Assembly (NCBI GenBank): GCA_030753015.1 | Contig: JASMDC010000051.1 | Span: 1-23,474, forward strand | Direction: 5' to 3' | Source of the DNA: Candidatus Undinarchaeales archaeon | GTDB taxonomy: Archaea > SpSt-1190 > JASMDC01 | Length of the DNA stretch: 23,474 nucleotides | Shown here: positions 1 through 9,337 of the stretch, piece by piece | Position numbering within the stretch: position 1 is the first letter of the stretch | Layout: the number at the start of each line of letters is the position of its first letter | Made by a program: the position numbers and the translations under genes | The notes under the pieces: model-generated | The model's input: the letters and a program-made list of their open reading frames with translations, nothing else | The model's database searches: none | Told to the model about the DNA's origin: nothing

Positions 1-97
1 AACTGGGTGGTCGACCTGACTGTCGAAGAGGACAAGGGATTGGAGCCGAGAAAAGGTTAGTTATGCAACAAAGCAGTCCCGGACTATAACAATTGTT

Positions 98-3000
98 ATG
101 AGGAAGCCGAAGGCTCTCGTAATACTGTTCACTATGATGGTCTCGATCGTCGTGCTGTCCACGTCGCTGTCGGGAGATAGGCTGGACGCCGTCATCCTGG
201 CGACCTCGGGGAACTATCCGGACGCCATCATCGCGGGCGCGGGCTCGGACAAGAGCGGCATCCCCGTCCTCCTGACCCCGCCCGACGTGCTGCCCGGGAA
301 GGTGGCCGATTTCCTGAACGAGACACGACCGGAGAGGATCATCCTCGTTGGCGGGAGCGCGGTGATCTCTTCGAACATCGAGGACGCGCTGACGGCCGAC
401 GGCTTCGAGGTGGTCCGCACGTGGGGCGTCAGCCGGTACGGGACGGCGGCCGAGTTCGCCACCTACATGTGGCAGGAGGGTGCCGAGGAGGCCGTGCTGG
501 TGTACGACGTCATGGGCAACGCCGAGGGCTTCGAGCATATCCAGCTGGCCATGGCCAAGGGCCTGGCGGCCGCAAGGAAGGTCCCCGTGCTCCTTACTGC
601 GGGTGACGCCCTCTCGGCCGAGACCAGCAACGCCCTCAAGGAGCTCGGTGTGGCAAAGGTCCTCCTTGTAGGCACCAGATTCGCCGATAACGTGACCGCC
701 GAGCTAACGTCCCTGGGCATCGGGATCGAGGTCATCACGGGCAAGGACGAGAACGAGGTCATAAAGAAGCTCGAGGACCGGGCCATCAAGGAGCTTAGAG
801 AAGAGGTCGTGGTGGATACGCTCGTGGTCATCGCCACCGCTGCCAACGACTTTTTGTCCACCATCTCCATGCCGAACACCGTCGAGGCGTCAGCGCGCAA
901 GGTGATCTCCGACGAGTCCGGGATCGTGGACGTCATCGAGTTCGTCAAGGCCAACGGGATCACGGAAGTCAAGGTGGTCGGTATCCCTGTTCTCGTGAGC
1001 AAGGTGGCCGCCCAGCTCCTGCTCATCGAGGGCATCCAGGTGACGGCCCTCTCCACGACCGACGTCGAGAAGAAGCTCGTCGACCTCGTCGAGCGGGACC
1101 GGGACAAGTGGAAGGAGAAGCGCACGGCCGAGCTCAAGAAGATCCATGAGAGGCTTGAGGAGAAGCGTGCCGAGGTGGCCGGGAGAGTGACCGGCGAGCT
1201 CGAGAAGGCTGCGGCCCTGCTCGACGAGACCGAGTCCTACCTGCAATCGCTCGAGTCGGAGGCCGAGACCGATGACCAGGTCGCGTCCCTCAACGAGGCC
1301 ACGAAGGTGCTGGAGAAAGCAAGAGAAGTGTTAGAAGGGGCGCATAGCGCCCTCGACTCCGCCGAGAGTTCCGGCAGCGTGGATGACTATGTTCGGGCAC
1401 TACGCCTCATCAAGAAGGTCTTCAGCCTTGCCAAGTCGGCCAGCTACGAGGGCGCCAACGACTTCTACGGTGCGGACGCGGGCCGGAGACGCGAGGTCGT
1501 GGAGGAGTTCCTGGACCGCGAGAGCCAGAACATGGACAGGTTCGTCGACAGGTTCCAGGGCGAGCTGGACAAGTTCAAGGAGTTCTACGAGGGGGCCGAG
1601 GAGGCAGGACTGCTCGCCGATGAGTGCTCGAACCTGGTGGACGAAGCCGAGCAGCTCTACGAGGAAGCGGACGGTGCCTACCACGCCAATGACTACCACA
1701 AGGTAAAGGAGCTGGCGTCCCGGATCAAGAAGAACCTCCAGAAGTGCGTGACCCTTACCATGCAGAAGGGCAGGGATGACAAGGGGCAGCTCGTCAGCTT
1801 CAAGCAGGAGCTCGCTGATCACCGTAACAAGGTCGCGTTCGCGGACCGCATCACGGCCTGTCGCGACAAGTGCACGGGCCGCGTGGACCGGTGCATGGAC
1901 CTGATCGACAGCTGTGCCGACACGTGCGGCTCGATCGTCGAGAAGTGCGTCGAGGGCACCCGAAAGATGGAAGCCCAGTGCGAGGCCATCGCCGGACAGG
2001 ATGATCAGGTCAATATCCCCGAGGACCACCAGGAGTGCATCGCCTGGTGCAGGTCGATGAGCGCCGCCGCGAACGATCCTGATCTGTTCAACTACTGCGT
2101 CGACCGACACTGCCCAGATGACCAGGGCGCCGGCAAGGACACGTCCGCCCGCGAGGGCTGTCTTTCCGAGGTGAAGGACTACACCTTCTCGTGCGAGGCC
2201 GAAGCAGAGGACTGTTACGAGGGATGCGACGTCCTCAGCGAGGACAAGTGCCGCCTTGAGCTTAAAGATTGCGTGCCCGGGTGTGTCGGCGAGCGCCTCT
2301 CCAAGGACCCGAGGTTCGCCGGCGAGGTGTGCGACATCGCGTGCGCCGGGGACGCCGGGTGCATCGATGATTGCACGAACCCCGGGCCCGGCCTGGAACC
2401 TACCGGATGCACGAGCAACGACGACTGCGATGACAACGACGCCTGCACTACTGACCTGTGCTCGTCGTCGAACGTGTGCCACAACCCGGTCAATCCTGAA
2501 TGTTGCAACAGCCAAGACGAGTGCGACGACGGCAACCCCTGCAACTTGGACCGGTGCATCGCGAACAAGTGCCGGTACTCACCAAACATCATCGCCGGCT
2601 GTTGCACGAGCGACACCGAGTGCGACGACGGTGATCCCTGCACCACTGACCTGTGCTCGAATGAGAACGTGTGCCAGTACAATGACATCACCACCGGCGA
2701 CTGCGGGAGGGGCCACCCAGGGGTGGCTCCTATGTGCCTGTCGGACGACGACTGCGTGTGCCACAAGAACACTGGCTGCATCCTGGGTACAACGCTCGAC
2801 GAGCTCCTGGAGCCGGGCTCGGTCATGTCATCTACTTGGTTCAATTGCGCTATAAGGAACTGCGTGTGCGAGGACGGCCGGTGCGTCAATAGGCCCGTCG
2901 AGGACGGGGACCAACTCGTCGACCCGGACAGCCCGGCGGCAATCCACTGCAAGGACAAGGGCAACGACTACACGGTCCGCATCGACGATGACGGGAAGAA

Positions 3001-4282
3001 GGTCGGCGTGTGCGTGTTCGCGGACAGGAGCGAGTGCGACGCTCAGGACTTCAAGGACAAGAGCTGCGGGCCAAGCCTGGAGCCTGCCGGATGCACGAGC
3101 GACGAGGACTGCGATGACAACGACGCCTGCACCATCAACCTGTGCTCGTCGTCGAACGTGTGCCACTACGAAATCAATTCCGACTGCTGCAACGACCACA
3201 ACGAGTGCGACGACTACAATCCCTGCACCCTCGACCGGTGCATAGGTTCCCTGTGCCGCCACTCACCAAACATCATCCCCGGCTGTTGCACGAGCGACAC
3301 CGAGTGCGACGACGGCAATCCCTGCACCGGAGACCTCTGCTCCTCGTCGAACGTGTGTCACAACCCCGCCATCCCCGAATGCTGCACGAGCAACGCCGAC
3401 TGCGACGACGGCTTCGCCTGCACCCAGGACCTGTGCTCCTCGGCCCTGTGCCATCACCAGGCGATCACCACCGGCGACTGCGCCCCCGCTCCAAAGACGT
3501 ACTGCGGTGACGGCACGTGCAACGGTGACGAGGACCAGGCCCTCTGCTGCGCTGACTGCGGCTGCTCCGGGTTCTACGTGTGCCACGACGGCCGGTGCCT
3601 CCCGCCCAAACCGCCAGCAAGCGACGAGTGCGCCGTGTGCGAGTGGGAGTGCGATATCCAGATCGGCGGAGATCACGAGGACTGTATCCACCAGCGGTGC
3701 GACAGCGTTTGCTACGTGCCATCTGTCTGCGGTGACGGTACGTGCGATGCCGACGAGGACCAGACCAACTGCTGCACTGACTGCTTCTGCCACGGTGACG
3801 ACCAGTGCCACAGCGACGGCCGGTGCCTCCCGCCCAAGCCACCTCACAACGACGAGTGCGGCACGTGCGAGTGGGACTGCAAGGTCCAGATCGGCGTTGG
3901 GTACGACGACTGCCTCGACCAGCGGTGCGGGGGCGTGTGCCCTGCCGCCACCGCCGACGAGACGCCTCCTGATTGTGCGATCACCGATCCTGTCGCAGGG
4001 GACGTTGTAAGCGGTGCTACATATGGCCTGACGGTGACGTTCAAGGCACATGACGACGGTGGATTATCCAACTATGTCATCAAAGTGATAGGCGACGACG
4101 GGTCCGGGAACATACCCGTGGTCCTCGTCAGCGATATCATGCCCGGGACCTCGTTCAGCGGTTCTGCTACGGGGAACCTGGCACCTGTGTTCAATTCGTT
4201 CAAGGCGATCACGCTCAAGGTAGTTGATGATTCCGACAATGTCTGCAGGGACGCGGTACATGTCACAGGGTCCTTGAACTGA
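98..4282 (+). CDS. Giant secreted/surface protein: signal peptide, cell wall-binding repeat 2 (CWB2) domains, coiled coil, Cys-rich repeats, DUF333-like module, C-terminal Ig-like domain
   Basis: 1394-aa ORF. N-terminal K/R plus hydrophobic signal. CWB2-type motifs ATSGNYPDAI..PVLLT..IILVGGSAVIS..GVSRYGTA. E/K-rich helical stretch. CDDGNPCTxDLC repeats. PAAIHCKDKG..GVCVFADRSECD resembles DUF333. C-terminal DETPPDCAITDP..AHDDGGLS is Ig-like. Confidence 0.85.
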   Translation: MRKPKALVILFTMMVSIVVLSTSLSGDRLDAVILATSGNYPDAIIAGAGSDKSGIPVLLTPPDVLPGKVADFLNETRPERIILVGGSAVISSNIEDALTADGFEVVRTWGVSRYGTAAEFATYMWQEGAEEAVLVYDVMGNAEGFEHIQLAMAKGLAAARKVPVLLTAGDALSAETSNALKELGVAKVLLVGTRFADNVTAELTSLGIGIEVITGKDENEVIKKLEDRAIKELREEVVVDTLVVIATAANDFLSTISMPNTVEASARKVISDESGIVDVIEFVKANGITEVKVVGIPVLVSKVAAQLLLIEGIQVTALSTTDVEKKLVDLVERDRDKWKEKRTAELKKIHERLEEKRAEVAGRVTGELEKAAALLDETESYLQSLESEAETDDQVASLNEATKVLEKAREVLEGAHSALDSAESSGSVDDYVRALRLIKKVFSLAKSASYEGANDFYGADAGRRREVVEEFLDRESQNMDRFVDRFQGELDKFKEFYEGAEEAGLLADECSNLVDEAEQLYEEADGAYHANDYHKVKELASRIKKNLQKCVTLTMQKGRDDKGQLVSFKQELADHRNKVAFADRITACRDKCTGRVDRCMDLIDSCADTCGSIVEKCVEGTRKMEAQCEAIAGQDDQVNIPEDHQECIAWCRSMSAAANDPDLFNYCVDRHCPDDQGAGKDTSAREGCLSEVKDYTFSCEAEAEDCYEGCDVLSEDKCRLELKDCVPGCVGERLSKDPRFAGEVCDIACAGDAGCIDDCTNPGPGLEPTGCTSNDDCDDNDACTTDLCSSSNVCHNPVNPECCNSQDECDDGNPCNLDRCIANKCRYSPNIIAGCCTSDTECDDGDPCTTDLCSNENVCQYNDITTGDCGRGHPGVAPMCLSDDDCVCHKNTGCILGTTLDELLEPGSVMSSTWFNCAIRNCVCEDGRCVNRPVEDGDQLVDPDSPAAIHCKDKGNDYTVRIDDDGKKVGVCVFADRSECDAQDFKDKSCGPSLEPAGCTSDEDCDDNDACTINLCSSSNVCHYEINSDCCNDHNECDDYNPCTLDRCIGSLCRHSPNIIPGCCTSDTECDDGNPCTGDLCSSSNVCHNPAIPECCTSNADCDDGFACTQDLCSSALCHHQAITTGDCAPAPKTYCGDGTCNGDEDQALCCADCGCSGFYVCHDGRCLPPKPPASDECAVCEWECDIQIGGDHEDCIHQRCDSVCYVPSVCGDGTCDADEDQTNCCTDCFCHGDDQCHSDGRCLPPKPPHNDECGTCEWDCKVQIGVGYDDCLDQRCGGVCPAATADETPPDCAITDPVAGDVVSGATYGLTVTFKAHDDGGLSNYVIKVIGDDGSGNIPVVLVSDIMPGTSFSGSATGNLAPVFNSFKAITLKVVDDSDNVCRDAVHVTGSLN
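2393..3481 (+). repeat. Seven intragenic Cys-rich CDDxxxCTxDxC repeats in two blocks (3+4) flanking the DUF333-like module
   Basis: Visible in protein and DNA, e.g. ggatgcacgagc...tgcgatgacaacgacgcctgcac...ctgtgctcgtcgtcgaacgtgtgccac occurs twice (~2405 and ~3089). Confidence 0.9.
3503..3940 (+). repeat. Two ~75-codon Cys-rich repeats (CGDGTC..EDQ..CC.DC..DGRCLPPKPP..DEC..CEW.C..QIG)
   Basis: Copies begin at 3503 and 3728 with shared DNA (gacggccggtgcctcccgcccaa). Confidence 0.9.
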
Positions 4283-4318
4283 TGTGGAAGGACCGCTTGG
4301 CGGCGGACAGGGGCCGGA

Positions 4319-5062
4319 CTATCTGTCGCCGAACAGGTGCCTGAAGTAGTCGCCGATGGCAAAGCCCACCTTGGCAAGCCCGCTCGCCTCGCGCCGAACT
4401 CTTGCCTCGCGCGCCATGTCCATGAAGTTGTCCAAAAGCATGTTACCGTCCTGGTTCTCCATCCCCTCCTTCTCCAGCTGCGCGGCCCACTCGGGGTGGA
4501 ACTGGACGGAGTACACGGGCCGGGTCCGGTGGCGCATGGCCTCGACACCGCAGTTGTCGGAATAGGCCATGACCTCGAAGTCCTCCGGGACGGCAAGCAC
4601 CTCGTCGACGTGGTGCTCGGCCATGGTGATATCCTCTGCAAGCCCCTTGAACAGGGGATCGTGTCCGTTCAGATGGATGGTGGTGGGGCCCCGTTCAAGA
4701 TCGTAGCCGGGTGCCTTGCCGCTGACGCCGCCGTAGGCCTCTGCCATGAGCTGGTGTGAGAAGCAGATCCCCAGGACCGGCCGGTCGGTCGTGAGGTACA
4801 GCTGTGCCTCTGCCTCCTTCCAGGGATCGTTGCCGTGCACGCTGTAGGGCGCGCCCGAGCCCACGATGCCGTCGAACTCGTCCGGGTCGGGAAGCTCACC
4901 GTCGTACGCAAGGAACGTGTGCACCTCGGCCCCCGTACTTTCAAGGTAGGAGGCGACCATGCTCCCCGTGTAGGCGTCGGGATGGTTCAGGAGCACGGCG
5001 ATGCGCACGGCGTCCTGCTCAGGCCCGCGATCGAGCTCTTCCGGATCCCCCAGATCGTACAC
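4319..5062 (-). CDS. Class I glutamine amidotransferase (GMP synthase glutaminase-like / gamma-glutamyl hydrolase family)
   Basis: DGIVGSG, PVLGICFSHQ (nucleophile Cys), VQFHPE (His-Glu). GTG start about 25 bp after a TATA-like box. Confidence 0.9.
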   Translation of the reverse strand: MYDLGDPEELDRGPEQDAVRIAVLLNHPDAYTGSMVASYLESTGAEVHTFLAYDGELPDPDEFDGIVGSGAPYSVHGNDPWKEAEAQLYLTTDRPVLGICFSHQLMAEAYGGVSGKAPGYDLERGPTTIHLNGHDPLFKGLAEDITMAEHHVDEVLAVPEDFEVMAYSDNCGVEAMRHRTRPVYSVQFHPEWAAQLEKEGMENQDGNMLLDNFMDMAREARVRREASGLAKVGFAIGDYFRHLFGDR

Positions 5063-5084
5063 GGATTACCGCGGCCCGCGAGGT

Positions 5085-5096
5085 TGTATTTATACA
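5085..5096. promoter_or_regulatory. Symmetric TATA-like box between the divergent GATase and AlaDH-like genes
   Basis: tgtatttataca is the main AT-rich patch of the 71-bp GC-rich intergenic gap. It reads TATTTATA on + and TATAAATA on -. Confidence 0.55.
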
Positions 5097-5133
5097 TTCC
5101 GCTCAATCCTTACCGGGCGGGGTTGAACCGGGA

Positions 5134-6099
5134 ATGAAGATCGGCATACCGAAGGAGACGATAGCCAACGATCCTCGGGTGGCCATCCTTCCCGAGGACG
5201 TGGAACGCATCATCGCGGCAGGGCACGAGCTCTTCGTTGAAAAGGATGCGGGAAGGGAGATCGGTATCGCGGTCGAGGACTACGAGCGCGCGGGTGCAAC
5301 TATCGTTCCCGGTCCTGCCCGGATATTCGACAAGGAGCTGGTGGTGAAGCTCAAGGCCCCGACGGAGAAGGAGTTCGGCATGATGAAGGGCAACAGGCTC
5401 TTCTGCATGCTGCACACCGCCCAGAACCCGCACGCAGTAGAGCTCATGAGGGAGAACGGCATCCTGGGGATCGCCATGGAGGAGGTTAAAGACGACGCCG
5501 GGGGCAGGTTCGTGGATGCCACGGACATGACCGGCGAGCAGGGGATGCTGTACGCGTTCAGCGAGCACGGCCGATCCCCGTCCGAGTGCAACGTCATGTT
5601 CCTGGGCTACGGACGCGTGGGGACGGCGGCCATACGGATCGCCAGCCAGCTGGGGGCGAGCGTCAAGATCCTGAGAAAGGCCGATTGCCCGAACCTCGCC
5701 TACTTCCTGCGGGGGACGGACATAGTCGTCAATGCCATGTCGTGGCCGGAGGAGAAGCGGAGGAACAAGGAGTACGTGATCACCAAGGACATGCTCCATC
5801 ACATGAACAGGGGAGCGATCGTCCTGGACCTTTCTGTGGACTTCCCGGGTCCGATAGAGACCTGTCGGCCCACCAGCCTGGACGATCCCTTCTACTTTGT
5901 GAGCGTTCGCGACGAGCATGGCACGGAAAGGCGGATCAAGCACATCTGTATCTACGGGTATCCGGGGCTGGCCCCCCTCTCCTGCGTGGAGAGGTACAGC
6001 AAGCAGATCACGCCGCTCCTTCTCGAGATTGCGAACGGAGATGTGGGCGACTGGCCCGACCACCTGAGAAGGGCGGTCCGTCCTGCAAAGGACCCGTAG
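5134..6099 (+). CDS. Alanine dehydrogenase/PNT-family NAD(P)-dependent oxidoreductase
   Basis: True start ATG 5134 lies inside the listed ORF 4804-6099. MKIGIPKE..RVAILP..VEKDAG, VVKLKAP, LFCMLH, Rossmann LGYGRVG, VLDLSVDFPGPIETCRPT. Confidence 0.85.
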   Translation: MKIGIPKETIANDPRVAILPEDVERIIAAGHELFVEKDAGREIGIAVEDYERAGATIVPGPARIFDKELVVKLKAPTEKEFGMMKGNRLFCMLHTAQNPHAVELMRENGILGIAMEEVKDDAGGRFVDATDMTGEQGMLYAFSEHGRSPSECNVMFLGYGRVGTAAIRIASQLGASVKILRKADCPNLAYFLRGTDIVVNAMSWPEEKRRNKEYVITKDMLHHMNRGAIVLDLSVDFPGPIETCRPTSLDDPFYFVSVRDEHGTERRIKHICIYGYPGLAPLSCVERYSKQITPLLLEIANGDVGDWPDHLRRAVRPAKDP

Positions 6100-6104
6100 G
6101 GGGC

Positions 6105-7754
6105 TCACACTTCGATAGCAGCGCCTGCCGACCTGACCGCAACCCCGGCCGGGTCATGGATCGAGCCGACGATCATTGCATATCCGTCCGAGAGCTCGTC
6201 GCTGTACTTCTCGGCGTCGCGGAAGACACGTCCTGCCATCCTTGTGTGCTCGGCCTCCCAGCCCGCCACGAGCATCGCCTCCTGCCCCGGCGCGAATCCG
6301 TCGCTGAAGCCGCGTATCACAGAATAAGGGCGCTCGCACGGTAACGACGAACCCTCGCAGAGGTCCCACTTGGTCACCCCGAGCTCTCTTGCCAGCGAGT
6401 TGACCGACGGTCCGCCGACAACGATGACCCGGTGCGCTGCAAGGTCGCTGGCGCTCACCTCGCTGTCCAGCATCGCCCTGACCAGGAACTCCTGCGAGCC
6501 GAGGTACTGGCCGATCTCGGCGGCAGCGATGCTGTCGTCCGCCTTCGATCCCTCGCCGACGACGACGAGCACGGTCTCGCGTCCTGACCCGCCGATGGCC
6601 CCGGACACGGTGAACAGCCCCTGGCCGTACAGCTCCCTGGCCCTGTCATCGGGATCGTAGCTGGAGATGATCTCGCCCACGACCGACTGTGCGATGGACA
6701 GAGAGTACTCCGCTTTGAACTCGTCCCCCGCAGCGAGCCGGTGCACGATCACCTCACCCCCGGACCCGGAGTACTTGAGCAGGAACGCAGTGGGTCCCGG
6801 GCTCAGGTCACCGGGGATGTCGAGGTCCAGCACGAGGTGCAGGTCCATGGGCTCGTCGAGAGTGAGCTCTTCTACGGCCGCGACGATACCCACCATGCCC
6901 CTGGCGTACTCCTGGGGGTCTTTCGTACGTATCGCGTCGACCTCCAGCTTGAACGCAGCGAGCCTTTCCTCGACTTCCGCATCGAAGGTCGCGTGCGCCT
7001 CCCGGATGCCCCCGAGCGACGTCTTCAATGATCCTGTCTCGAGCTCCTCGCGCGCCCCGTTCACATCGTCGCGTATCCTCTCGAGCTCTGTCTCGTTCCA
7101 GAGCGGCGGGCCGTACCCGTTATCGTCGTAATCGCTCACCAGGGTCAGTTTGTCGTTGAGCATGAGCCAGGCCAGCTTCAGCAGCCTCGCACGTTCCTCG
7201 TCGGTGATCGTCGGGTCGGCCGCACGTTCGAGGGTAATATTGATCACCTTGTCCAAAAATCCCAACGCTTCGCCCCAGGCCTCCGCCTCCATTGGATTGC
7301 CCAGGCCCAGCCCCTCCTTCCCATTGCCCGAGATCCTGTCCCAGGCCGTGTGGTGCTCGGAATGGTACTTCTCGTGGACCAGCGTCTTTGCGAGCGACAT
7401 CATCCAGCTGACGTGCACGGGGTTCGACGGGTCAAAGGGGAGGCTGGGAGGATTGAACGCCCGGGGATCGACGAAGACCGGTCCGCCGTACTCGTCGTTC
7501 TTGCCCAGCGCGCCTCCGTCCAGCGGCTTCACGATGATCTTGCCGTTGCCCAGGTACAGTGCGATGTTGTCGGCAGTGGCGTTCTGCCCGATGGAGCGAA
7601 GGTAGTCGATGATCTTCTGTATCTCCTGTCCATGGAAGTTGGACGGGCTTGCCACCGTCACTGCCTGGACGACGATGGCGCCCAGCAGGATGCAGAGCAC
7701 CAATGCCAGCACGAGGCGTCCGTGATCAGTTCTGTCCTTGGCCGTCCCCTTCAT
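6105..7754 (-). CDS. Secreted protein: HExxH zinc-metallopeptidase-like domain fused to an archaeal S-layer-type C-terminal domain
   Basis: Signal/TM segment LVLALVLCILLGAIVVQA. LVHEKYH with downstream MEAEAW. C-terminal VVVGEGSKADDSIAAAEIG, VIVVGGPSVNSLA and LVAGWEAEHTRMAG resemble Methanococcales/Thermococcales S-layer N/C motifs. Confidence 0.75.
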   Translation of the reverse strand: MKGTAKDRTDHGRLVLALVLCILLGAIVVQAVTVASPSNFHGQEIQKIIDYLRSIGQNATADNIALYLGNGKIIVKPLDGGALGKNDEYGGPVFVDPRAFNPPSLPFDPSNPVHVSWMMSLAKTLVHEKYHSEHHTAWDRISGNGKEGLGLGNPMEAEAWGEALGFLDKVINITLERAADPTITDEERARLLKLAWLMLNDKLTLVSDYDDNGYGPPLWNETELERIRDDVNGAREELETGSLKTSLGGIREAHATFDAEVEERLAAFKLEVDAIRTKDPQEYARGMVGIVAAVEELTLDEPMDLHLVLDLDIPGDLSPGPTAFLLKYSGSGGEVIVHRLAAGDEFKAEYSLSIAQSVVGEIISSYDPDDRARELYGQGLFTVSGAIGGSGRETVLVVVGEGSKADDSIAAAEIGQYLGSQEFLVRAMLDSEVSASDLAAHRVIVVGGPSVNSLARELGVTKWDLCEGSSLPCERPYSVIRGFSDGFAPGQEAMLVAGWEAEHTRMAGRVFRDAEKYSDELSDGYAMIVGSIHDPAGVAVRSAGAAIEV

Positions 7755-7911
7755 AGTGATGGGGGGAGGACCAAGCTTTATCCCTCTTTTGCCATGATCC
7801 TACAAGAGCGATGGGAGGGGACGGTAACAGGGCCGAGAAGCAGGACCGGGCACGGCGTAGAGGCGCCATTTTCCCGGACGGTACGGGTACGACCGGCGGT
7901 AGTAAGGAACA

Positions 7912-7949
7912 TTTATATTCACCAAGTGAATAATACAGTTAGTGTATTA
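7912..7949 (+). promoter_or_regulatory. TATA box plus two inverted repeats upstream of ATPase gene 1
   Basis: tttata 7912-7917; tattcac-caa-gtgaata 7916-7932; taataca-gttag-tgtatta 7931-7949; ATG at 7951. Confidence 0.6.
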
Positions 7950-7950
7950 A

Positions 7951-9324
7951 ATGCGGTTCATCGATAGGGAGCCAGAACTGGAGGAGCTGGGACGGATACG
8001 GTCCCTTTCCGAGCGGAAGCTCTTTGCCATCGCGGTCTACGGCATACGGAGGGTGGGCAAGACACGGCTCGCGCTGGAGTTCCTAAAGGACGGCGGGACC
8101 TACCTCTTCGTCAACCGCAACAAGAGGTCCTCGGACCTCCTGAAGGAGTTCGAGGGGGTTCTGCGGAGCGGGGGTCTTCTCGGTGAGCTCGAACGGCTCG
8201 ACTCCTGGGAGCGGTTCGTCGACGTCATCATAGCGAGGTCACAAGGACCTGTCGTCATCGACGAGTTCCAGAACTTCCACCACGTGGAGCCGTCCTTGTT
8301 CGGGACGCTGCAGCAAGCTCTTGACACCCACGAGGACACGCCCGGCTGCATCGTACTGCTCGGCTCGGTCATGGGGCTCGTGAGGAGGACGTTCGAGGAC
8401 AGTAGGGAACCGCTGTACGGCAGGGTGAAACGGGCCATCCGGCTGCGACCGCTGTCCCTCGCGGCCACCCTGGAGGCCGGACATGAGCTCGGGCTCTCGC
8501 GGGAGGACGCGGTGAAGTGCGCGTGCATCTTCGGCGGGTACCCGAAGTACTACGTCACCATCGAGGACTTCGCCCTTCAGGGGCGGACCGCGGAGGAGAT
8601 CATCGACGCGCTCGTCCTGTCGGGGAACGCGCCGCTCGAGGACGAGGTGAACATGGTGCTCTCCCAGGAGTTCGGCCGACGGGGGGGCAGGTACTACTCG
8701 GTCCTGGAGGCCATCGCCAACGGGAGCACCACCCTCTCCTCCATCGCCGCGTACATGAGGGTGCCACCGACGTCCATCACACGGCACCTCAAGGAGCTCC
8801 GGGACTACTTCGAGCTCATCGGGCACGAGCTGCCGTTCGAGGGCAAGCGGGGCATCTACCTGATCAGCCATCCCCTCCTCAGGTTCTGGTTCGCGAACGT
8901 CCACAAGGACCTCACCCGCTACGTCGCCCGGGACCCCTCGTTCATCGAAGGCATCAGGAGGGGCCTGCCCGCCTACCTCGGGAGGGCGTTCGAGCCCATC
9001 GCCCGGGAGTTCGTTGTCGGCAAGCTCGGTCTCACTGAGGCCAGAGGGCAATGGGGGAGGGTACCGGGCGCCCCCAAGGGGGAGAACACCTACGAGATCG
9101 ACCTCATCGGACGCTCAGGGACGGGTACCTGTGCGTTCGAGTTCAAATGGCAGTCGCTCGATGTCCGTGATTGTCACACCATCCTGGCCGGATTGGAAAG
9201 GAAGACGTCCCTCGTCCGCACCCTTACCCCGGACACGCGGCTCGGTATCGTTGCGCGCAGGATCAGGGGAAAGCGGACGCTGCGGGAAGAGGGTGCCCTG
9301 GTCTACGATATCGACGACTTCTGA
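7951..9324 (+). CDS. Archaeal ATPase (ATPase_2) + wHTH + DUF234/PD-(D/E)xK nuclease-like domain
   Basis: FIDREPEL, Walker A YGIRRVGKT, Walker B VVIDEFQ, PLYGR, GGYPKY, HTH TLSSIAAYM..SITRHLKEL, LRFWF, EIDLIG..FEFKW. Confidence 0.92.
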   Translation: MRFIDREPELEELGRIRSLSERKLFAIAVYGIRRVGKTRLALEFLKDGGTYLFVNRNKRSSDLLKEFEGVLRSGGLLGELERLDSWERFVDVIIARSQGPVVIDEFQNFHHVEPSLFGTLQQALDTHEDTPGCIVLLGSVMGLVRRTFEDSREPLYGRVKRAIRLRPLSLAATLEAGHELGLSREDAVKCACIFGGYPKYYVTIEDFALQGRTAEEIIDALVLSGNAPLEDEVNMVLSQEFGRRGGRYYSVLEAIANGSTTLSSIAAYMRVPPTSITRHLKELRDYFELIGHELPFEGKRGIYLISHPLLRFWFANVHKDLTRYVARDPSFIEGIRRGLPAYLGRAFEPIAREFVVGKLGLTEARGQWGRVPGAPKGENTYEIDLIGRSGTGTCAFEFKWQSLDVRDCHTILAGLERKTSLVRTLTPDTRLGIVARRIRGKRTLREEGALVYDIDDF

Positions 9325-9337
9325 CGACATCAGTGCC

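Noticed and set aside
1400-2515. Long antisense/alternative-frame ORFs (also 5110-6108, 12200-13258 and others)
   Set aside because: Shadow ORFs of GC-rich coding regions, with no recognisable motifs.
2393-3481. DGR template/variable repeat pair in the Cys-rich blocks
   Set aside because: Differences are not adenine-restricted, both copies are in-frame coding, and no reverse transcriptase is in the window.
4804-5133. Long N-terminal extension of the AlaDH-like ORF (similarly 19852 for lysZ and 21407 for lysK)
   Set aside because: The extensions overlap neighbouring real genes; family homology starts at the ATGs at 5134, 19903 and 21833.
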